Of a stretch of 64,000 nucleotides of DNA, positions 1 through 13,805 are shown one piece after another. This stretch comes from Lytechinus pictus (taxonomy: Eukaryota): positions 34,784,001 through 34,848,000 of the forward strand of contig NC_087245.1 of the NCBI RefSeq assembly GCF_037042905.1, given 5' to 3'. The notes under the pieces were generated by a model. It saw only the letters and a program-made list of their open reading frames with translations. It did not search any database and was not told the origin of the DNA. The position numbers were made by a program, and so were the translations under genes. Position 1 is the first letter of the stretch; every line of letters begins with the position of its first letter.

Positions 1-1089
1 TTAATTCTCCTCGTACACAGACGACTTGCTATCGTGCAGCCACCATTAGGGGGTTAACAATGCGAAATCCCCCGATGGGGCTCATCGATTTTTGTCTTTA
101 TTTCATAAAAATATAGAAAAAGAATTGTACCAAAATAAAGATTATTCAGTTTTAGCCTCAAATGCACCAAAACGGGGAAAAATAAACTTAAAAGGGGAAA
201 AAACAGTGACTTACTTCGGCTGTCGCGCAACTTCACTTCCCTGTTTAGTCCGAACTTAATACATAAACATATGGCTATTTATAGTCCCTGTACAGATCGA
301 GCTAGAACTTCGGTATCTGTATTTGGTGAGTGGAGCCAACGGAGTTCAGCGGAACAACCAACATAACAGAGACCGAAGCTTTTGGTCTAAAGCGAGACCT
401 ACACACCTGGATGGATTTCAATAGGAAATCCATATTTAGAGGGTGAAATCGATATGTATGTATTTTATTTATGAACCTACATACGCCTAATGCATATGTA
501 GGGATAAAAATTATGTGAAAAATTAGAGGTTTCTTACCAGACCGATCTCTTGTAGATCCCTCGATCCGTTTGTCAACAAAGCAAATACAATAGAGTTGAC
601 CCTTGAACCGCTTCGTTATGATGTACCTTCGATTAGCGATGTTACAAAATGCCGAACAATTTATAGATAAAAATTATTATTTAAAGAAATAATAAAATCT
701 AATACGTGATTATAAATAATTATTATTCGTATTACTCCGTTTGCTCCACTCAGCAATTACCAAAGTTCTAACTCAATCTGTACAGGGACTCAATAGCCAT
801 AGATCTACATGTTGTATGTATGAAGTTCGGATATACCAGGGAAGTGGAAGTTGCGCAACAGCCGAAGTAAATCACTGTTTTTTCCTTTTAAGTTTTTTTC
901 CCCCCGTTTTGGTGCATTTCAGGCCAAGACAGAATAATAACTTTCATTTTGGTCCAGTTCTCTTTATATTCTGGTATTTTTATGAAATAAAGACAAAAAT
1001 CAATGAGCCCCGTCAGGGGGGTTTTGCAATGTAAACCCCCTAATGATGGCTGCACAATCGAGAGCGGTCTGTGTACGAGGAGAAATTAA
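1..1089. mobile_element. Foldback/MITE-like element with ~345-bp imperfect inverted arms (1-344 vs 735-1089), TTAA at both ends
   Basis: ttaattctcctcgtacacagac at 1 is the near reverse complement of gtctgtgtacgaggagaaattaa at 1067-1089; complementarity continues inward to gtgagtggagccaacggag / ctccgtttgctccactcag. Left end may be clipped by the window. Confidence 0.8.
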
Positions 1090-1129
1090 AAGAAAATTAA
1101 AATGTTAAAAAACTCCTCCAAACAGACGG

Positions 1130-1250
1130 CTGCCAGCTGTCCGGTGTTGGTGTTGGAAGCACAGTAATGTGGATTGCTTCCCCTAGCTCCAAAACCTATT
1201 CTGAGTTTTTTAAACTGATCCAAATCACATTATTGACACCCCAACAACTA
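1130..1250 (+). other. SLC12A8: Possible non-coding first exon (5' UTR) of SLC12A8
   Basis: GTGAGT donor at 1251; the ATG-containing exon is preceded by a good acceptor at 1880-1881, which implies an upstream exon. Start coordinate is a guess. Confidence 0.35.
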
Positions 1251-1930
1251 GTGAGTGAATTTTCAGGACCATCTTAATTGTTTGCTGAACATTATATACT
1301 CGTGTAAAAAATGACGTAACAACAACACCAAAAGGTTAACACTGAACTTGAAATCACCCAATGCGGTCTGACTGGGAACTGTCTCAAATACTTTATAAAT
1401 AGTAATCCATTTGACCCTACCATTCTTGAGCAGTGAACTAAAACACTAAAAGGCAGCCTTATTCACCCCATGCACTCTCCCCCAAATTGTCTGATAGCCT
1501 AGACTAGACGTATTGTCAGCTTTAATATAATTGCTAAAAAACCACTTCCATTAACAGCAAAAAATCAATGGAGAAATCTGAAATTTATTTGGAAGTATAA
1601 AATGAATGGGTGTTCGAAAGGCATGGTCATATGAGAAAATTTGTGGGGTTGTTTTTATAATTCTGCTGCTCATCAGATAAAAGTAAGCATTTCTCATAAA
1701 ATGATTTTACAGTTTCTTGAGAAGTTCAGAAGGGTTTCCGAAAATAGCTACTGCTGCAACATACATGCATTGTGTGTTCCTCATGAATCTGTATTTATAA
1801 CAAGGATTGTTGTAAAGGAGCAAAAGAGTAAAAAACAAAAACAAAAAGAACACTAAAATTGTTCTTTTACTCTGTTTACAGGAAATTGAGAGCTGCAGAT
1901 ATCCACTTGGACATCTGACAGGCATCCACC

Positions 1931-2167
1931 ATGGCCGATGATGGCAATACCGCGGAGGGGGTTCAGTTAGTAGGAGATCCTAGAACGGCACCAGGCCAAG
2001 GAGATAAAGCAAGCAAGAAAGACGTTGACTGGGGCAGGTTTGGGCTGAGCGATGAAAGCCATGCCAAGTCCTACACAGAAAGCACGTTGACGGGATATGG
2101 TGGAGATGGTGGGTACCAGCAGGGGGAGGGTGGACAAAAGATTCAAGAGCTCTTTGATGAACAGCAG
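1931..2167 (+). CDS. SLC12A8: SLC12A8 coding exon 1 (MADDGNTAEG...KIQELFDEQQ); exon begins 1882
   Basis: Acceptor tctgtttacag|1882, perfect Kozak CCACCATGG, donor CAG|GTAAGC, 237 nt phase 0 joining the next exon in frame. Confidence 0.8.
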
Positions 2168-3766
2168 GTAAGCTTCTCTTTCTGTTTTATACAAGCAAAT
2201 GAAACCAGTTGAATTCAGCTGGTTTCAGTTGAACTGGTTGAAATGAAACCAGTTGAATTCAACTGGTTTCAGAATTCAAGAAGAGAAAATCAAAGATCCT
2301 CAAATTGGCCATTTGACCAAGATCTTGACTTAATACATGTATAGCTTGTTGTTTGTCTGGACCAGACAGTAATTTCAGGTATTTTGTGTTTGATATTTAT
2401 TAGTGAATTACTAAAAGAAATGTTACATGTACATTACAAATCACAAATATTCACAAATTTGCTATCGAATGCACAGATTTTGAGAAAATCCAGAGCAAAA
2501 GTTGATGTTTTTATCGGCTCAAGTGTCAGGACAATGGACCCCCATCCTACAACTCCCCCTATTTACATTTTCATAACTTTCTCTTATAAATATCTATCAC
2601 AAGATCTTTGATGTCACACATGTACTTGTAACTTCCCCATTCCATATTCCACTTAATCTATCCATTAATGCTAAACTAGTATAAAGACTTTCCAATTGCT
2701 CCTAAAATTTGGCACAAACATTCATCTTGGGTAAGGACATGCAAGATTCACTTTCCAAGTGTGTTAGAAAATGGGTTGCTATTGTAATGACATAGGGCGG
2801 GTGTATTACTCATCTTTAGTGGTATTTCTAGTTTCAACCTGTCACTAGCAAATGCTGGGTTCCACTTCTTATTTCAGATTTTATAAGATTTTTTTTTTCA
2901 ATCTTACTCTCACACCCACAAAACATGCACCATGGGCAAGGTCATAAAAACAGCGTAAAGAGAAAGTTAACTGTGTGACAGCAATTTTGTAGCTGAAAAC
3001 AGGTGGTGGCCATAGACATGGTCACCAATTTTTTTCTGTGGAAGGTGTGCGGATGTATCGATAGCGATATTTATTTATTTATTTCAGTTTTATTTACGTA
3101 GGGTAGCCTTTTCAGTTATAGAAATGATTTACAAAGAGTCCCTGTGATAACGACATACGGTCACATTGTCTATACATGAAATGGTCTTGGCTCGTGATTT
3201 GATCGCTCAAGTATCAGTTGAAAATCATTGAGATGTGGCAATTTCATGCATATTCATGCGACGCACTGAAACCCGGAAATCAATTGACTTTTTTGCACGT
3301 TGTGATAGGTTATATAAACGCTAGCAAACACAAAGCACTATCGACGCTACATGTACTTCTTAAGATTTTGAGTTGATGGAAAAGCAAGAAGTAATCAAAA
3401 TGTACCAGGTGCGGTATCGGTAAGAAAATAGATCCTCTGCAGATCCTCTAAAAATACCTCTCGTAAATCAATATAGGAAAGTGAAAATTCTATGTTGATT
3501 TTGCAGCTGTGTTTGATGGAGTACTGTGTGAAGCCCTGATAGGGGTGTACTGCACATGTATGCAGACTATATTTTAATTCATGAATAAAACAGGTCACGG
3601 TTTATAGTAAATCAACTTTTCTCAATGACCTTTGCGATAATATCGCATTAGGATGAGCACATACATGTATGCATTTTTTCAAGTATTTTCAAATGAAGAT
3701 GTTGCGTAAGATTTCCCCGCAAAGCATTCAAATTCTAAGATCGAAAGCTATTCTACATGTATAGAT

Positions 3767-3928
3767 CAGGGGCCCATTTCATAAAGAGTTACAACTGTTG
3801 TAATTTTGCCACTATGGCAACTACCATGGTAACCTTGATTTTGATTGGCTGCTGAGCCCTGTTGCCATGGTAGTTGCCATAATGGCGGAAGTTGCAACAG
3901 TTGTAACTCTTTATGAAATGGGACCCTG
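3767..3928. mobile_element. Short palindromic MITE
   Basis: caggggcccatttcataaagagttacaactgttg ... caacagttgtaactctttatgaaatgggaccctg; related copies near 40336-40475, 45181-45348, 58265-58442. Confidence 0.8.
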
Positions 3929-4140
3929 GTGACTAGAATAGTAATTGATTCGGCTTGGGCTTGGTTTGAGGCTGTATGGTTGAGATAGTACTATTCACTG
4001 ACTGGTGGACTATTTTTGTGGTTTATTCGTAATAATGTGTTATATTATGAAGGGGGTACAGCCAGTTGAGAAGTGGGATAGGGACTGCGAATGTTCATGT
4101 ACATGTAGCTGAAGGGGAAATAGTCTAGAGAGATTCATAA

Positions 4141-4737
4141 AGGTCAAGTCCACCCCAGAAAAGTTTATTTGAATAAATACAGAAAAAAATCAAATTAGCA
4201 TAACGTTGAAAATTTCATCAAAATCGGATGAAAAATAAGAAAGTTACGGCATTTTAAAGTTTTGCTTATTTTTCACAAAACAGTGATATGCCCAACTCAG
4301 TGACATGCAAATGAGTCAGTCGATGATGTCCATCACTTACTATTTCTTTTGTTTTTTATTGTTTGAATCATACAATATTTCAATACAAATTTGACAATAA
4401 GTACCAACTTGACTGAACCATATACATGTAGTATTAAGCAATTCTAATTCCACGTGTTCAAGGAGGAATTAATCGTTTCACTTGACAATGTGGAGAAAAT
4501 TAGAATATTTCATATAATAAGATACAAAAGAAATAGTGAGTGAATGACGTCATCAGTCTCCTCATTTGCATACCGACCAGGATGTGAATATAACTGTTTT
4601 GTGAAATTAAGCGAAACTTTAAAATGTCATAACTTTCTTATTTTACATCCGATTTTTTGATGAAATTTTCAGTGTTATGCTTGTTAGATTTTTTTCTTTT
4701 TATTCAAATCAACTTTTTGTTGGGGTGGACTTGTCCT
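4141..4737. mobile_element. Kolobok-like non-autonomous DNA transposon with long TIRs
   Basis: aggtcaagtccacccc ... ggggtggacttgtcct followed by TTAA; arms complementary over >200 bp. Confidence 0.75.
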
Positions 4738-5701
4738 TTAACAATTCCAGAGTCCATTTAGTAGTTTCTATTTAGATATATCAATCAAATATGCAGGGGT
4801 CTGATGGGTTTACTGTCTACAGCAACTTGATTATCAGCGGTTGTTAAGGATGAACGTTTGCTTCATGGTCGTGATAAGAACAACATGTATACATTGGATG
4901 ATTTCAAGTCCTGCTTTTGAAATCTGGTGTGGTGTTTTAGCAGCACCAACACCAGCCACAACACCCTATTCGAAGTCAAAATGAGACTGGTGTTGGAATT
5001 TTACTCAGAAACCATGTATCCCAGTTGTAATGATTAAAGCCTGAGTTGATTATCGATTATTTTGTTAACCGGTGTTCGACAGCTTTAATTTGATCGAACA
5101 TCGACGCATCAAATTTTGAAGTGGGGGGAATCAATTGATTTTTTTTTTGCTCCAACAATGCACACAATAGGCACTGCATGTGAGGGGTTAGCGTTGCAAA
5201 AGCAAATGATCGACAGAGCAAAGTGCATTTTTATCTTCCATGATCACCAAAAAAAATAAAAGGGACCAATACAGAATTTTTCCTAAAATATCCAAAACAA
5301 TATTTTTGCAGGTGACATTATATACATTTGAAATAAAATAATATGAAGGACATGAATCACTCATAGTCGATCGGAACGATTCTCGGTCAATTCGCACACA
5401 TACTAAAGCCCCGTACCCAGCCCAGTACACTCATTCTCTGGAAATGACAAGCGTGCTTGCTGGCCAACAAATGCTATACTAACGGAGAGCACCTACATGT
5501 ACATGTACACTGTACCTTGCCTGAGATGTAGTTGGATCCAAAATGAGCTCCAAATTGGTGGGAATTAATATCATACGTAATTTTCTCTGGATGGTCATTT
5601 GAATTGGTATTCTTTGCTGATATAACGATTGTCAAGAAAATTTGTGGAATATGAGCTGTGACAATGTTCGAGAATTAAATCCTGATATGATTGATAATCC
5701 A

Positions 5702-6378
5702 TTTTTGTCTCGCCCACCAGAGGTGAAGGCGAGACTTACATGTAGGGATCCAAATGTCGTCCTTCCGTCACAAACCTTATACAAATAACTCCGCAACTGT
5801 AAGTCACTTTTCAACCAAACTTGGATTTATTGGTAGATGGACTTGAGGGACCTGCATGTTATGCTGAAGTCGGAGGTCACATGGTAAGGTCAAAGGTCAT
5901 TTCCAGGTCAAAGTTAAAGTTTACTTGCAAGACTTTCTTACGACACCTAACTCTGCAACCGTATTCACTTTTCAACCAAACTTGGATGGTAGATGAACTT
6001 AGGGGAGCTGCATATTATGCTGCAGTCAGAGGTCATATGTTTAAGGTCAAAGGTCATTTTCAGGTCAACGTTAAAGTTACATACAAGACTCTTATGACAC
6101 CTACTGTAACTCCGCAACCGCAAGTCACTTTTCACCCAAACTTGGATTGTAGATGTAGTTAGGAGTCACTGCATGTTGTTGTGTTCAGAGGTATGGTCAA
6201 AGTTCATTTTAGGTCAACATTAAAGTTTACGTGCAAGACTCTTATGACAAGTGTTATTCCATCCCAGTCATTTCACAATGAAGTTTCGATACAATTCTGT
6301 TGCGTGCCCTCGCAAATCACGATATTTCTGGTTGTTTTCATAAGTGGGCGAGACACAAAATCACTTTTATGCCTTGTT
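5702..6378 (+). mobile_element. Helentron-associated (HINE/DINE-1/Tsp-like) element, subfamily B
   Basis: 5' ttttgtctcgcccac...ggcgagac subTIR/IR, GTCC microsatellite, tandem ~155-bp cores with aggtcaaaggtca, 3' gtgggcgagac...cttgtt. Confidence 0.7.
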
Positions 6379-6441
6379 CATGTTAGACACAAGTGCAGAG
6401 CAAGCGATCAAAATGAATATGAATGTCTCAATTCAAGCTCT

Positions 6442-6700
6442 AAATTTATATGAATGATAACTAGATGTAAATTAATGTTAAATTACTATGATTTAATAGA
6501 ATTCTATGGTCATACTGAAAATATTGGTAATGTTGGCATTAATACTGTCATTCTTATTTCTTAAATTTTGAAATTTATATGAATGATAACTGGATGTAAA
6601 TTATTGTTAAATTATTACGATTTAATAAGATTCTATGGCCATACTAAAAATCTTGGTAATGTCAGCAAAGTTAATGTTATGTTCAAATGGAAGTATTGAT
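6442..6700 (+). repeat. Local tandem duplication, ~129-bp period
   Basis: aaatttatatgaatgataact(a/g)gatgtaaatta at 6442 and 6571. Confidence 0.75.
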
Positions 6701-6714
6701 ACTGTCATTATTTG

Positions 6715-7385
6715 TATTGTCTCACCCACCAGAGGTGCAGGCGAGACTTACATGTAGGGATCCAAATGTCGTTCGTCCGTCCGTCTCAAACATTATGACA
6801 CATAACTCCGCAACCGTAAGTCCCTTTTCGACCAAACTTGGATGGTAGATGGACTTGGGGGACCTGCATGTGTGATGCTGCAGTTTGAGGTCACATGGTA
6901 AGGTCAAAGGTTATTTTCAGGTCAATGTTAAAGTTTACATGTACATGTACATGCAAGACTCTCTTATGACACATTACTCTGCAACCGTAAGTCACTTTTT
7001 AATTAAACTTAGATGGTAGATGCACTTAGGGGACCTGCATGTTATGCTGCAGTCGGAGGTCACATGTGGGGTCAAAGGTCATTTTTAGGTCAACGTTAAA
7101 GTTTACATGCAAGACTCTCTTATGACACATAACTCCTTATCCGTTAGTCAATTTCAAATCAAACTTGGGTTGTAGCTGTATTTAGGAGACCTGCATTGTG
7201 TTCGTAGGTCACATGATAAGATCAGCATTAAAGTTTACATGCAAGGCTCTTACGACAAATGTTATTCCATCTAGTTATTTCACAATGAACTTTTGATACA
7301 ATTCTGATGTGTGCCCTTGCAAATCGCGATATTTCTGCTCATTTTCACAAGTGGGCGAGACACAACATCGCTTTATATGCCTTGT
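6715..7385 (+). mobile_element. HINE-like element subfamily B, second copy
   Basis: Same termini and cores as 5702-6378. Confidence 0.7.
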
Positions 7386-8374
7386 CTTTTTCAACAAAGC
7401 TTGATGAATGCTGAATTTACATGCACACATTGTTATCGAAATTGATGATGAAATGAAGGGATGGTGGTGCTTTAATGCTTTATGATAATTTGATGATGAT
7501 GCACCTGTGAACTTCATATTGATATTTGATACCTCTTGTTTGTATATTCTTGAACCAAGATTCGCCTTGTGCAATCATTGCTCATTTGCATTACTTTGGA
7601 GAAGAAGTTTTCGATGGGTTAAATCAGAATGTTTAAAAAAAGGATTACAGACTGCATCAGAAAAAAAAACCTTCATGAAACAAATCTCCTCGGATAATCC
7701 CTGTTATTTGTGCAATTAGTATTAAATCGAGTGCGATCTTCCATTGATCGAGTGAGTGAATGCCGTGTCAGTGAAGTAGTAGTTGTGAGGAGTGCAGTGT
7801 AGTGGTGCGTCGAGACAGCTTGTGTCATGTGCAAATGGTTTCGAATTTAATTTTAAAGGGATACTCCAGGTTGAAAATAATATGATTGGTCAATGTTTGA
7901 TATTCAAAGAAAAGCATTAAAAACTTGTATAATCCTTATGTAAGGGACACATTGTTCAAGGAAATCACATATTTTGTATAATTAATTAACTGATTCTGTC
8001 TTTTCAATTGCAAATTAAACCTGACCTGAGAGGGTTCGTGTCTATAAAAAGCAACTAGGTCAAAAATTAATCAAATTGATTTCAGGTGAATATTTTTTAG
8101 ATGAATCCTGTCCCATATGTAAGGCAGTAAATTTCAAATTGTGCAACGAGAGCATCCACTTTTTCATAAATTTGCATAATTTACATACTGTAAATAAATT
8201 CTTTAACTCTTTGGCTACATTATCATAGCAATGGGTTTTACATGAAGTCAAAATGAATTTTTGACATCTGACGGTACATTACCTTGGACATCATGGAGTC
8301 TAACTCCAGGATGGTGGACATCAGATCAGGTGCATGCATACATGATCATGCAGCTAGCTGGCTGCACTGCCGTG

Positions 8375-8860
8375 CCCGTATAGTGAGTGATTGTATTACC
8401 GACCGGCCTTGTATTACCGAACGCGCACATCGTACGCATCAGAAAATAAATTCATATGCTCAAAATTTTGCAACATCCTTCCAAAGAGAACTTGAATAGA
8501 TATTGATGAAAAATTGTCAAACACACATTTTCAAAGTCTTAATATTCTAACTATAATAAAATATGGTCAAAATAGCTCATAAGTGTTTTTGTTGTTTTGT
8601 CAACTTTTCTCATAGAAAACACACGTTCGGTAATACGATACCTTTTCAAGTGACCAAAATATTTCACGTGCGAAGAGGGGTCCGATTAGAAGCTAATATC
8701 GTAAAAAGGAAAAACAATTTTTTGGCAAAATTTTCACATATTTATATTTTGTAGGTAATTGTGTATTTATGTTTAAAGTTTGGTGAATTTTATGAGAATA
8801 ACGTGTTTTATATGATTGAATTCATGAAAAGTGTTCGGTAATACGATCCACTACCATACC
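8375..8860. mobile_element. Degenerate TIR element
   Basis: cgtatagtgagtgattgtattaccga vs ttcggtaatacgatccactaccatacc; repeated tattaccga/tcggtaata motifs. Confidence 0.45.
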
Positions 8861-9095
8861 GCGCTAACCCTGAATGCTTGTAGCTTGCGGCCTGCTCATT
8901 CTACATGGCAGGGCCAGGCAGGGTGATACTTCTTGGTAGATATGTTCTTTGAAGGACACCATAGGAAAAATCGGCCAGCTGGCTACCTTCCACTCCACTT
9001 TACACAGCCTTTTAATTTTTGCCCACATGGCTCCCCGAAGAAATTTACCCGAAACTTTCACGCCACTTACACAGCCTTTTATAACAAGCCCAATT

Positions 9096-9542
9096 ATATG
9101 CTTTTTACACTGCACTTTTTGTCCTAAATTGGTGGGGCTAAGGGGGGTCTTAGCCCCACCAATTTCCCGGGGTTAAGCTTAGCCCACTACGTTTTCACAC
9201 TTTGTTTTAGCAAAGTGGGCTAGCACGGCAAATAGTACGGTACTATCTGGCCCTGCAAAAAAGCAGGGTTAGCCGGCATATTGTGGTGCTAGCTAACACC
9301 ACAATTGCGGTGCTAAGAGATGCAGTGTGAATCGAAACCGGGCTAAGGAAAAGTGGGGCTAAGCATAAGCAAATCACAGAAGTCGAAATTGCACGTTAAT
9401 CGCGCTCTGTATGGTAAAATCATCAATATTAATGAACTGTGTGATTGCCCGGGGTTAAGCAAATAGTATGGGGTTAAGAAAGACAGTGTGAATAAAAAAA
9501 AAAGATAGTATGGGGTTAAGGAAATGCAGTGTGAAAAGCATA
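9096..9542. mobile_element. Harbinger-like MITE
   Basis: tatgctttttacactgca ... tgcagtgtgaaaagcata TIR; internal ggggctaag/cttagccc and cagtgtgaa repeats. Confidence 0.55.
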
Positions 9543-10424
9543 TTATTGTACTTAGTGCACATGTAAAAAGTATATTTTTGAAAATAGGGCCCAGTGTAGG
9601 ATTTTCAACAACCAAAATTTGTACAAGAACTGAAATGTCAAAGGTTGGTTTCATGATGCCAGGTTTCCTCCTTTTCGATTACTCATTTTAAATACAGTTT
9701 TAATATTTATTGAGCTCTGATAGCAGTGTGTAAATATACACTGTACATATTTGGCAGAAATGCAAACTGAATTATGAGTTCATAAAGGTCACACTTTTCA
9801 CTTCATGTTGTATTGGATAACCTGAACAAACTAGGATTCATTAATTTTTAATTTGTGATTGTACATGTACATGTATATGTGCTGTATTATGGATATATTT
9901 TTTTTTTTTTTTTTTTCATCTTCACATTTACAATTAAAAGAAATTATTCATATCTATGTCAGAATAACACTTTGATTGCAATGGATATACTCTTTACATG
10001 TACATAACATAGTCCATGTACATAACACAGGCTACATGTGCTGTACATGTACGTAGACTTGAGAAAACTATTGCACTGTGCACAGTCAGTCTATATCTAC
10101 TCAAGACTGGAGTATTGTGTAAGCCTAGTATATGATACATGTATGTAGCATGAGTGTGTTGCTAGTGAGCTTATTACATTTTAGCATCCTACTTTATACC
10201 CACAGTGACCTCACGATGCTCGGTATGACGTCAATCTGCAAATCAGTGAATACAGCATAGTAAATTGGTAGACATGCCCTTGTATTAACAACAAACATAT
10301 ATTTTATAATATTAAATTGCGTTTACAATATGCTCCCAAGGAATTGAAAAAAAATGTAGATCGGCTTTCTACAATGTACATGGATGTATCTGAAAGAGTA
10401 TGTTTGTTTTTACCATTCTCGGAA

Positions 10425-10542
10425 ATGATGATGATAATGGTGATGCATGATGATGATCATGATGACGATGATGATAACAGACATGTGATTGATCATATTG
10501 ATGATGGCAGCTCTAATGATAATAATGTTGATGATGATGATG
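10425..10542 (+). repeat. (GAT)n-like microsatellite
   Basis: atgatgatg runs. Confidence 0.85.
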
Positions 10543-11694
10543 TGTTCTTTCCATTTGCATGTATACATTTACATACTCTCTTTGGTTACACGTACCTTTA
10601 CGATTAGGATTCCACAAATTTACAATTAAATCACAGAAGTACAATAGTCTACCAGTCAGTGACACTGTTCCAACCATATTGCACAAATATTCACCATGTT
10701 TTTCAGACACATTGCAGTGAATCACATCAAACAATAAGTATTTCAAGTATGTGGTCTATGATACGTGCTTGACACATGTAAGCCAACAGTCAATGCATAA
10801 TTCTATGAAATCATAATGATTAATTTGTTAAGCTTTGCTTTGAATTTGATTTCCTTTATCATTTTATTAAAGAATTGGCTGTCAATGATTACATACAGTA
10901 TGTAAATTTAATGAAACATCAATTTGAGTGGGAAGAAAACATGGTTTTCCTATTCATATTTTTGTAGTTTTTAAAAATCTGTTACTTGGTCCCCTAACAC
11001 TATCATAAGGTATTACGATGGCAAATAGTGCAATTTGCAGTTTGTATATGTTGTAAGGTACTTCATGTACACACTCTTCAATATCATACATGCACTGATT
11101 GTAGTCAAGATCTACATGTACTGTGTGATGAACGAATGCCCCGTCTACAGTACACAACGTGAGTTAGGTTCAATCAATATATTTCACACAACTCTCTGTG
11201 TTGGGCTATTCATTAAATACCACGAGCAAAGCATATGTCACCCAGGCTGCCCAGGCAGGGTTTTAGCCTACCGTATGCTGTTATTATGCGAGATATCCAT
11301 TTGGGTCGGAGTAAAATTCATGACAAGCCACTGTTCATTGATTATCATTGATCTACAGAGATTACATAAAGCGTGCACAAAATTCATGTCATCTAGCATT
11401 GTATATATTTTCCATAACAATTTACCATCATAAACTGTTCAATATACTGTTATACATGTTCATTATATGTTTCAAATGAAAACAAATCATAGGCCTACTG
11501 TATATGTATAGCCGTCATTATAAAATGCATAATGCCATGCATTTATGGCATTATGCATTTTATAATGAAGGCTATGTACATATACATGTATGTATATGAT
11601 TTTTTTTTTCATTTGAAACAACAGTATATTGAACAGTTTATGATGGTAATTTGTTTAGGCCCTATTTATGGTAGATATCATACTCATCATCCTG

Positions 11695-12295
11695 ATGCGG
11701 CCCCCATTGATATTTTTCGCGATAAATCTGCTGCACAAATTTGTTGACCGCGTCACTCGCTGACTTATTACTTTCAAGTCTCACAAAACTTTGAGACCAA
11801 TATTGCGATCCCTGGAACACGGTTCTGAAATTACGCAATACTTCGTATTAGTGCATGTAAACCCAAAATTGCTCAAAAACATGAATTCGTGTACAAATCA
11901 AATGCAAATAGTGTTTTTAGCAAAAATTCATACATGTAGATGTGTCATTATTTTTCCTTTTATTAATCCAAATCAACTAATTTCATCGTATTTATCATTT
12001 AAATAAAGTCCCTGATAATTTCCATTGAAAAAACAGTAAAAAAACAAAAAGTTGAAAAACAAAAGAATACATAAGAAGTTGAGAAAACAAAATAAGGAAA
12101 TAAATGTGACGTTGATATTTTTTAAAAGTACAATTGATCAGATTCCTATAAGGAGTCTGTGAACCAAAAATTAGCACTTTAGGGGCATTATTTAGTTGAT
12201 TAGAGCAAAGTTTTGATATTACGCATGAATTATAATTAATTAGCAATGATATTTTTCGTCTTAATAGGCGTAGAAATAGCCCAGTCTATTTAGGG
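11695..12295 (-). mobile_element. piggyBac-like non-autonomous element, degenerate relative of 28474-29235
   Basis: Reverse-complement similarity to ~28700-29200; ends GGG followed by TTAA. Confidence 0.65.
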
Positions 12296-12298
12296 TTA

Positions 12299-12693
12299 AG
12301 GCCACCGCACACCTTATGACTCGACTGATCTGCGACTAGTTCAAGGTAGTCATAAGCCATCAAACACATTGCAATATGACTACCCTGGCGGCCCTGCTGT
12401 CAGTGAAAGCACATGCATGCGCTCTTGCTTTTTGCCATAGCAACTGAGAAAATAACACTTACTGCTGCATATGCGTTCGTTGCATATCATGTGCGTGTCG
12501 GTACTTAATACAACTGCTGTCTGATTAGCTGAAAGTTTGACTTGCGATCTAGTCGTTAGTATTTGATGTTTCAAATCCTTACCATTAGTCTGTGACCTGT
12601 ATGTGACTCTGAAGCTGACAAGGGCTGTGACATGACATTTCCCGTCACTCAGTCATAGACCAGTCAGGTCATAAGGTGTGCGGTGGGTGGCCT
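12299..12693. mobile_element. PIF/Harbinger-like MITE, TTA TSD
   Basis: tta|aggccaccgcacaccttatgac ... gtcataaggtgtgcggtgggtggcct|tta. Confidence 0.75.
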
Positions 12694-12923
12694 TTAAAAT
12701 GCAGTGATATTGCTGAAATTGATATCAAGTGGGTTTGCAGTTAAAACATTTTTTTTTAGCCAGTGTATATTGTAATGTATTAAATTGTTTTTGTGGAAAT
12801 TCTTGGAATTCACAAGTGCCATGATTATACAAAAATCATTGTTTATGAAGTGTTTGCTTGACAATTCATGTTTTTTTTTAATTGGTATTGTATTAATGAA
12901 ATGAAATAAATCTTCTATTGTAG

Positions 12924-13076
12924 GCTGGGCAGAGCAGTCATAGCCAAACACCATGGTGGAAGGCAAACTTCTTTGTGAGGGAACCTGTCCTCTTTGGAAC
13001 ATGGGATGGCGTCTTCACGTCCTGTATGATCAACATCTTTGGTGTGGTCATCTTCCTTCGGACAGGCTGGATGGTG
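12924..13076 (+). CDS. SLC12A8: SLC12A8 coding exon 2 ([51 protein letters not shown])
   Basis: tag| acceptor, |gtaag donor, 153 nt phase 0/0; [23 protein letters not shown] is the recognisable SLC12A8 TM1 signature. Confidence 0.96.
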
Positions 13077-13805
13077 GTAAGACTTTTTTTAAGATCATGG
13101 GTTAGCTAGGGGGTGCCTTAGGTGATGGCTCGTGTATGTTATACTACACAGACCATCAGAATGCGTCCATAGAAATTGGACAGTCTAATCACGACTTGTA
13201 ACATTTTTTTATAAGAATAATATGATAGATAATACTCAAGTGATAAACTACATGTTCTATCAGTTTGAAAATCAATGATTTTAAAATGTTTACCTATTGA
13301 AACTACATGCAGTTGCTTATCACTCCAATACATTCTAAAGATGCCTGCTAAGTTCATTTTTTTGCATTGATTATACTTTATATTGAATTAAAAAATGTTA
13401 CTAATAGTGAATCGACTGTCCAATTTGTATGGACTCACCCTGATGGTTTATGTAGTGTAACATAAATCATCACCTTTAATAGTTAGCTAGGGGGATGGAA
13501 TATGCGCCTATTCCTGCATCTTCCGAGATGAAAAAAAAAGGAAATGGAAATTGACAAACTGATGAAACCTATACTACCAACAATTCAAATGGCATGTTGG
13601 TCTTCATACAGTACATGTATTTTTGACATACATGTAGGTCATCAAAATAACTACCAGTAATATTTGTGTAAACTCAATTATTCCAGGTAAGTTTACAGTA
13701 TGTAATACTAGCTTTATAGTATTTACCAGCCCAAAAGTTGTTCTGCCGAGTTCCTACGGGAGTTGCCATTAAAAACACAACCAGAAAACAGTAGTCTGTA
13801 CATGT

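Noticed and set aside
10317..10607. Asp-rich ORF
   Set aside because: Translation of a (GAT)n microsatellite.
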